NCBI GenBank assembly: GCA_049970495.1
Contig: JBMFMV010000024.1
Span: 1 to 23,729 of the forward strand
Source of the DNA: a bacterium
GTDB taxonomy: Bacteria > DUMJ01
DNA: 23,729 nt
Direction of reading: 5' to 3'
In this document: positions 19,019-23,729 of the stretch, piece after piece
Numbering within the stretch: position 1 is the stretch's first letter
How the letters are laid out: each line of letters opens with the position of its first letter
Translations under genes and position numbers: made by a program
The notes under the pieces: generated by a model
Seen by the model: only the letters and a program-made list of their open reading frames with translations
The model's database searches: none
What the model was told of the DNA's origin: nothing

Positions 19019-20119
19019 TTAAAGCGCCTCTTTATAAAGTCTAAATACATCCTCTCTACTTACTGGTCTTGGATTATTGAATGTACTGGCATTATTAAGA
19101 ACCTGCTCCACTAAAGGGGCAAAGTCTATCTCCTCTTTAACAACTTGCGATATCTTGGTGGGAAGATTTATCCTCTCAAGGAGCTCCCAAATCCTATCCC
19201 AAGGATCTTTTCCTAGAATTTTTCTCAATGTATCTAATTTATCCCCAATATTTGAAGCATTAAATCTAACTATATATGGTAATAATATCCCATTAGATAC
19301 ACCATGAGGTATATGGAAGAATGCTCCTAAAGGTCTTGACATAGCATGAACTAGGACTACAGAGGAATTATTAAAAGACATACCAGCCCAGAAAGATGCA
19401 TAAGCAATCTTTTCTCTAGCCGATGGATTACCAGTATTAACGGATTCTTCTAGATACTTATTTATAAAATCTATAGCAGATATGGCTAACATATCAGTAG
19501 TAAGGGTAGATCTATTGGACATATATGATTCAATAGCATGAGAGAGGGCGTCTATTCCGCTACTTGCAGCTACATTAGGCGGCATAGAATACGTTAGAGA
19601 AGGATCTATTATAGCCACCTTAGGTACTATTCCTGGTCCCCTTACTACAAACTTCTCTTTTATCGTTGGATCTGTAAAAACGGCAAACCTAGTTACTTCG
19701 CTACCTGTTCCTGCAGTTGTCGGTATGTTCACAACAGGCAAAGACTCTTTTATTTCTTCACCTTTTAAGGCTGTGATAGGCTTTCCTATCTTTAGGCAAA
19801 CAGCTATCCCTTTAGCCACATCCATAGGACTTCCACCACCGATACCTATTATTACATCTGCCCCAAAAGACTTGGCAATTTCAACTCCCATCTCAACATC
19901 TCCGACTTCTGGTTCAGGGTTTACCTTATCAAAAACCTCTGGAGTTATACCTTGCTTACTTAATGAATTTATGGCCCTATCTATAGCTCCGCTCTTCTTG
20001 GCAGAAGTCTTACCACAGACAATAAGAGGTTTTGTTCCTAACTTCTTTACCTCTCCACCTAAAGAATCGATACTATCAATTCCGTAGACAATAACTTGGG
20101 GTAATTCCAAGTATCTCAT
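19019..20119 (-). CDS. Iron-containing alcohol dehydrogenase
   Basis: GGGSPMD, PTTAGTGSEVT, DALSHAIE, HAMS, HG metal ligands, NNPR; AGGAGG RBS. Confidence 0.92.
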   Translation of the reverse strand: MRYLELPQVIVYGIDSIDSLGGEVKKLGTKPLIVCGKTSAKKSGAIDRAINSLSKQGITPEVFDKVNPEPEVGDVEMGVEIAKSFGADVIIGIGGGSPMDVAKGIAVCLKIGKPITALKGEEIKESLPVVNIPTTAGTGSEVTRFAVFTDPTIKEKFVVRGPGIVPKVAIIDPSLTYSMPPNVAASSGIDALSHAIESYMSNRSTLTTDMLAISAIDFINKYLEESVNTGNPSAREKIAYASFWAGMSFNNSSVVLVHAMSRPLGAFFHIPHGVSNGILLPYIVRFNASNIGDKLDTLRKILGKDPWDRIWELLERINLPTKISQVVKEEIDFAPLVEQVLNNASTFNNPRPVSREDVFRLYKEAL

Positions 20120-20157
20120 CCTAATTCCCTCCTAAAAGATTATTGGTGATTAAGACT

Positions 20158-20166
20158 ATTATAACA
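20158..20166 (-). promoter_or_regulatory. Extended -10 promoter element upstream of the Fe-ADH gene
   Basis: Minus strand TGTTATAAT about 40 nt upstream of the ATG; no well-spaced -35. Confidence 0.55.
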
Positions 20167-20320
20167 CAAGAGTTCTGTCTCAAAGGGTATTGTTTCAGAT
20201 TGGCTAATAATAAGTTAATCCAAATCTTATTCTATAAAGAGAGTTACTATGTTCGAGAGCCCAATGTAGAAATAAAAAAATCATCTAGAGCTGGAATGGA
20301 AAATATTCTTAAATATATTT

Positions 20321-20397
20321 TGGCGCGCCTGAGAGGACTCGAACCCCCAACAAGCGGATCCGAAGTCCGCTGCTCTGTCCAATTGAGCTACAGGCGC
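20321..20397 (-). tRNA. tRNA-Arg (anticodon TCG)
   Basis: Cloverleaf: GCGCCTG/CAGGCGC acceptor, GCGGA-CTTCGGA-TCCGC anticodon arm, GTTCGAG T-loop, encoded CCA. Confidence 0.95.
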
Positions 20398-20405
20398 AAT
20401 AAAAA

Positions 20406-20483
20406 TGGGGTGAATGAGGGGACTCGAACCCCCAACATCTGGATCCACAGTCCAGCGCTCTAACCAATTGAGCTACATTCACC
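20406..20483 (-). tRNA. tRNA-His (anticodon GTG)
   Basis: CTGGA-CTGTGGA-TCCAG anticodon arm; encoded G-1 opposite C73; CCA. Confidence 0.96.
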
Positions 20484-20485
20484 AA

Positions 20486-20562
20486 TGGCGCGCCCAGCAG
20501 GACTCGAACCCGCGACCCACAGATTAGAAGTCTGTTGCTCTATCCACCTGAGCTATGGGCGC
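20486..20562 (-). tRNA. tRNA-Arg (anticodon TCT)
   Basis: ACAGA-CTTCTAA-TCTGT anticodon arm; A20 identity base; CCA. Confidence 0.96.
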
Positions 20563-20564
20563 AT

Positions 20565-20642
20565 TGGTCGGGGCGAAAGGATTTGAACCTTCAACCTCTT
20601 GGTCCCAAACCAAGCGCGCTAGCCAAGTTGCGCCACGCCCCG
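20565..20642 (-). tRNA. tRNA-Pro (anticodon TGG)
   Basis: CGGGGCG/CGCCCCG acceptor, CTTGG-TTTGGGA-CCAAG anticodon arm, ACCA end. Confidence 0.96.
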
Positions 20643-20654
20643 AACCTATAAAAT

Positions 20655-20682
20655 AGTATACCAAATTTTTCGACAAAATCAA
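20655..20682 (-). promoter_or_regulatory. Promoter of the tRNA operon
   Basis: Minus strand TTGATT-N16-TATACT with TG extension, 12 nt upstream of tRNA-Pro. Confidence 0.7.
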
Positions 20683-20771
20683 TAGTCTCCGACTTCTAGA
20701 CTTAGCTTTTGATTTAAAGATTAAACATGAATTCCTTACTTACCTATCACTTGATTATTACTGTCAAATAC

Positions 20772-21860
20772 TCATTCTAAAAGTCTATACTTAGGAGTAG
20801 GCTTCTTAGGTCTAAAACACTGGATATTTGGACTATGAATCTCAACTTTGTATTTCTCCTTTAATAGGTCTAAAGTTTTTAAAGTAACAAACTTTAATCT
20901 TTCAGGTTCTATATCAACCCTTGCATTTATTACTATATTCCATATATCTCCATTGAATCCTGAAATTTTATCAAAACTTATAGGATCTTCTATTGACACT
21001 ATACTAGCCTTAGCCCAATCATTTGTAGAAATTCCATAAGCCTTAAGATGTGCTATTTCGCTTTGGTTATTAAAAAAAGCCTGTCTTATTTCTTTTAGTA
21101 GGTCTGTAAGGAAGGAATTTACATCAATACTCTTCCCAGTTATTTTAAAAGTAGCATTTAGCCATCCAAGTCTACCTTCTGCTGCTCCGTAAATCTCATA
21201 GTCTAACTCTAGTATCCTATCATTTGGAGAAATACTAAAGATCTTTTCTATCCATTCTTCTATATTTATTCCGTTCTTAGATGAAACATTCACTATTTCT
21301 ACATTATGAAAATTCTCTCTCAGAAAACTATTCATTTCCTTTATCTCTTCTGAAGTTAGTATATCTATCTTGTTCAGTACAATTATATTTGCCTCTTCTA
21401 ATTGTTTCTGAAATAGATAGTTTATCTCAGAATGGAAAATTGACCTTCTTTCAACCATCAACTTCTTCAATCTCTTGGGGTCAACTACTATTGATAAGGG
21501 CTTAAGATTAATCTTATCTAAATAATCTCTCTCTAAGGGTTTAAATATAGTAGCTATCAAATCAGTGCAGCTGCCTACTGGCTCGGCTAAAATAATATCT
21601 GGAGTATCACGCTCAGTAAAATTATAGATCTTTTCTACAAACTGATCAAAGTTACAACAGAAACAACCTTCTTTTACCTCAAGAACGGACAAACCAGTCG
21701 ACCTTAGAAAGTTTGAATCTACTAAATCACTTCCCTGATCGTTTGTTATAACACCAATCTTTCTGCCTTTTTCTAAGAGATATTTAGTTATACTAACTAT
21801 CGATGTAGTCTTACCTGCCCCTAAGAATCCCCCTATAATAATTAGGTCTATCTTTTTCAT
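20772..21860 (-). CDS. CobW/HypB/UreG (G3E, COG0523-like) GTPase
   Basis: GGFLGAGKTT, NDQG, GCFCC metal motif, AEPVGSC, LNKID, VSS; C-terminal IAHLK and INARV domain. Confidence 0.88.
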   Translation of the reverse strand: MKKIDLIIIGGFLGAGKTTSIVSITKYLLEKGRKIGVITNDQGSDLVDSNFLRSTGLSVLEVKEGCFCCNFDQFVEKIYNFTERDTPDIILAEPVGSCTDLIATIFKPLERDYLDKINLKPLSIVVDPKRLKKLMVERRSIFHSEINYLFQKQLEEANIIVLNKIDILTSEEIKEMNSFLRENFHNVEIVNVSSKNGINIEEWIEKIFSISPNDRILELDYEIYGAAEGRLGWLNATFKITGKSIDVNSFLTDLLKEIRQAFFNNQSEIAHLKAYGISTNDWAKASIVSIEDPISFDKISGFNGDIWNIVINARVDIEPERLKFVTLKTLDLLKEKYKVEIHSPNIQCFRPKKPTPKYRLLE

Positions 21861-22135
21861 TTTATCTCCTTTAAGATTATTCTTTCTAGTTCTTTTATAT
21901 CAGGAATTGTCCCAGCTGTGAATTGCTCACCATTTATTATTATTGCTGGAAATTTTTCTACTTCCAACCCTTCTATAGAATAGATCTCTTTAAAGTCTTT
22001 GATTTCTATGTAGTTAATATCTAAAAAGCTATATTTCCTCTTAAGCTTACTCATAATCTCTTTTATTAAGCCATATATAATATTACAGGCAGAACATGGG
22101 TCTTTTAAAGATACTACATCTATCCTAATTCCCAT
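21857..22135 (-). CDS. Small thioredoxin-fold protein
   Basis: PCSAC (CxxC) near the N-terminus and FPAIIING cis-Pro motif; 4-nt overlap with the GTPase gene. Confidence 0.75.
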   Translation of the reverse strand: MGIRIDVVSLKDPCSACNIIYGLIKEIMSKLKRKYSFLDINYIEIKDFKEIYSIEGLEVEKFPAIIINGEQFTAGTIPDIKELERIILKEIK

Positions 22136-22154
22136 ACCCTGCCTCTCAATTTTC

Positions 22155-23516
22155 TTATAGTCCTTTATCTGCTATTGCCTTCTCTATAGTGCTTTTTAAT
22201 TCTTCTACTGAGGGGATAATACTTATGTATACGGGCTTACCATCTATACATATAGTAGGTATATTGGGAACCTTTAATTTTATCATGCGAGCTACTGATT
22301 CTTTTTCTTTTATCTTATATTCTTTCCATTCTACCTTATCTTCTAATCCCTTAACTGCAGATTTTACCGCTTCTACAACATATTGGCATGGGGCACAGGA
22401 TTCTGAATCTAAAGTGATTACATCTAAGATAACCTTTTTCTCGCTATCATAATCTGGTAGCTCTACATCAAATTCTTCAAAGTCATTCTTTATATCCTGC
22501 TTCATAAATTCAGCTACTTCTCCATAGACTGCACTTACTATTGCCTTTACATTCTCTGGAGGCGTATTAAATGGCATATCACAACCTGGAGAAAGGATAT
22601 ACCCCTTTTTTCCTCCTATCTGCATAAGATTTTCTACCTCTCTTATATTGTCTAATGGTGTTCCAAAGAGCATAGTTACAGTAAGTCTTATGTTTCCACC
22701 AATAGATACGCCATACTGATGACAAATCTCTTTAGCGTATCCAAGGTCAACATTCTCATCTATTGATATGTTATCAGGCTGGCATTTACACATAACTTCT
22801 ATATTTCTTGTAGCATTGCCACAGACAAAGAGAGAAGATGCTCTGCCTTTCTCTCTAATATATTTGAATATCGGAGTTATATATGGAGAAACAAATTCTT
22901 TAAAGCTACTTGGAGATATCTGTGAAGTCATGGGGTCTACAATGGCTACTACATCTACGCCAGCATCCATATACATCCTGGCGCTATTCATCGAAACTTT
23001 CTGGCAGAAACTCATAAGTTTATGAATCTCCTCCGGTTCATCTGTCATCTGATAAAATATATCTGTTCCTTTAAGGTGTAAAGCTAGAGTAAAAGGACCA
23101 ACTACAAGGCCATATAATGCTATCTTATCTCCTAACCCCTTAACTATTTCCCTAGCGGCGTTTAAAATTATTGGAAATCTTCCATCCTCTTCAGTAGGTA
23201 TCTTTAAATCTTCAAGGCTTTTCCCTTCAGCTAATGGATGCGACGCTACCGAAGGAGGGTTTGTCTCTGAATATACAAGTTTACATCCCAAAGCTTCAGC
23301 TTCCACTTGGAGGTCAAATGTTACTGGTAATCCATCCGGTCTATATAACTCAAAAGCTTTCATTACCCCTTCTACTATATACTTATCATTTTTGAAATAT
23401 TCTTCCGCATCAACTCCTATAAGACTTGCAGCATGACAACCTACGAATGGAACCCAAGGTATCCTTTCTACCTCTCCATTATGTATCGCCTTTAATAGCA
23501 ACTCCTTTGAATTCAT
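22155..23516 (-). CDS. UroD/MtaA/CmuA-family TIM-barrel protein fused to a C-terminal thioredoxin-like domain
   Basis: RIPWVP, FDLQVEAEALGC, GPFTLA, DPMTSQISP..F.EF, VCG, GGNI, ILSPGCDMP..TPPEN; C-terminal ~95 aa with CAPC and IPTICIDG. Confidence 0.85.
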   Translation of the reverse strand: MNSKELLLKAIHNGEVERIPWVPFVGCHAASLIGVDAEEYFKNDKYIVEGVMKAFELYRPDGLPVTFDLQVEAEALGCKLVYSETNPPSVASHPLAEGKSLEDLKIPTEEDGRFPIILNAAREIVKGLGDKIALYGLVVGPFTLALHLKGTDIFYQMTDEPEEIHKLMSFCQKVSMNSARMYMDAGVDVVAIVDPMTSQISPSSFKEFVSPYITPIFKYIREKGRASSLFVCGNATRNIEVMCKCQPDNISIDENVDLGYAKEICHQYGVSIGGNIRLTVTMLFGTPLDNIREVENLMQIGGKKGYILSPGCDMPFNTPPENVKAIVSAVYGEVAEFMKQDIKNDFEEFDVELPDYDSEKKVILDVITLDSESCAPCQYVVEAVKSAVKGLEDKVEWKEYKIKEKESVARMIKLKVPNIPTICIDGKPVYISIIPSVEELKSTIEKAIADKGL

Positions 23517-23538
23517 TATATCACTCCTTCTAATATTT

Positions 23539-23554
23539 TTCTATCTTGATAGAA
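23539..23554. promoter_or_regulatory. Palindrome, possible operator of the UroD-Trx operon
   Basis: TTCTATC-TT-GATAGAA between the putative promoter and the RBS. Confidence 0.4.
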
Positions 23555-23570
23555 TTCCTAAACTTTATTT

Positions 23571-23600
23571 ATTTTACCATAGCTCATAATAAAAATACAA
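23571..23600 (-). promoter_or_regulatory. Promoter of the UroD-Trx operon
   Basis: Minus strand TTGTAT-N18-TAAAAT with TG extension. Confidence 0.55.
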
Positions 23601-23667
23601 TTTTGCGACATTCCTCAAAATAATCTACCCGAAATTAGATTGTTTCCTCAACATTAGTAAAAAGAAG

Positions 23668-23723
23668 AACCATCCTGTAGCTTATGTTATATTTATTCTA
23701 AAAAAGGAGGCTACAGGATGGTT
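23668..23723 (+). repeat. Perfect 14-bp inverted repeat covering a start codon and part of its RBS
   Basis: AACCATCCTGTAGC (23668-23681) / GCTACAGGATGGTT (23710-23723), 28-nt loop containing TGTTATATT. Confidence 0.9.
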
Positions 23724-23729
23724 ACAACT
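23718..23729 (+). CDS. Start of a gene running off the window (MVTT...), possibly a transposase
   Basis: AGGAGG at 23705-23710 followed 7 nt later by ATG; only four codons visible, so product is inferred from the hairpin layout alone. Confidence 0.4.

Noticed and set aside
20167..20320. Integration site or ncRNA downstream of the tRNA 3' end
   Set aside because: No duplicated tRNA 3' fragment, integrase or convincing stem-loop seen
20143..20463. 106-aa plus-strand ORF
   Set aside because: Its 3' half is the antisense of tRNA-Arg and tRNA-His (ARLRGLEPPT-type translation); no RBS; spurious
20321..20483. tRNA-Arg(TCG) derived from neighbouring tRNA-His by duplication
   Set aside because: Hand alignment gives about 59/77 identity to tRNA-His but about 58/77 to tRNA-Arg(TCT), so the similarity is not special
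20321..20642. Repeated GGACTCGAACC / GAGCTA units as a CRISPR-like array
   Set aside because: They are conserved T- and D-arm sequences of four tRNAs; no cas genes or repeat-spacer pattern
11628..22135. Selenocysteine read-through in redox proteins
   Set aside because: All CxxC motifs are complete with Cys codons; TGA stops fall at natural ends and mostly overlap the next ATG
367..23025. Short antisense ORFs in the track (367-555, 2439-2639, 6766-6972, 7925-8176, 8705-8902, 9095-9304, 14497-14700, 16916-17104, 17421-17606, 19077-19307, 19725-20087, 20848-21039, 21281-21505, 22189-22452, 22768-23025)
   Set aside because: All lie opposite well-supported genes and show no recognisable motifs; shadow ORFs
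22155..23516. Annotation as hemE (uroporphyrinogen decarboxylase)
   Set aside because: Lacks the HemE N-terminal W.MRQAGR motif; resembles the methyltransferase-like branch

Overview
AT-rich, gene-dense bacterial chromosome segment. Heavy AGA/AGG/ATA codon use, an Fe-ADH and radical SAM genes suggest a thermophilic anaerobe, and csaB-tagA next to lptF/G suggests a deep-branching diderm (inference only). Plus strand, 1-3036: end of a floA-like gene, a small yqfB-like gene and a nurA-herA nuclease/ATPase pair. The rest is almost all minus strand: a Gfo/Idh/MocA + TIM-barrel sugar pair; a candidate lipid-linked pentose glycosylation module (UbiA-type polyprenyl-phosphate phosphoribosyltransferase, DUF362, GT-C glycosyltransferase, SMR-type flippase); cyclase, uppP, trxB and two thioredoxins behind a CsoR/CstR-family repressor with a visible operator; amrS, DUF72, deoB, PRTase, lptF/G, tagA, csaB, Fe-ADH; four tRNAs (Pro-TGG, Arg-TCT, His-GTG, Arg-TCG); and a UroD/MtaA-thioredoxin fusion + thioredoxin-fold protein + CobW-type GTPase operon. 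The window ends in an RBS-sequestering inverted repeat reminiscent of an IS end. Best candidates for undescribed systems: the UbiA-DUF362-GT-C-SMR module without dprE1/E2, the UroD-Trx/Trx/CobW operon, and the His-less CsoR-family thioredoxin regulon. All calls come from motif recognition by eye; no searches were run.
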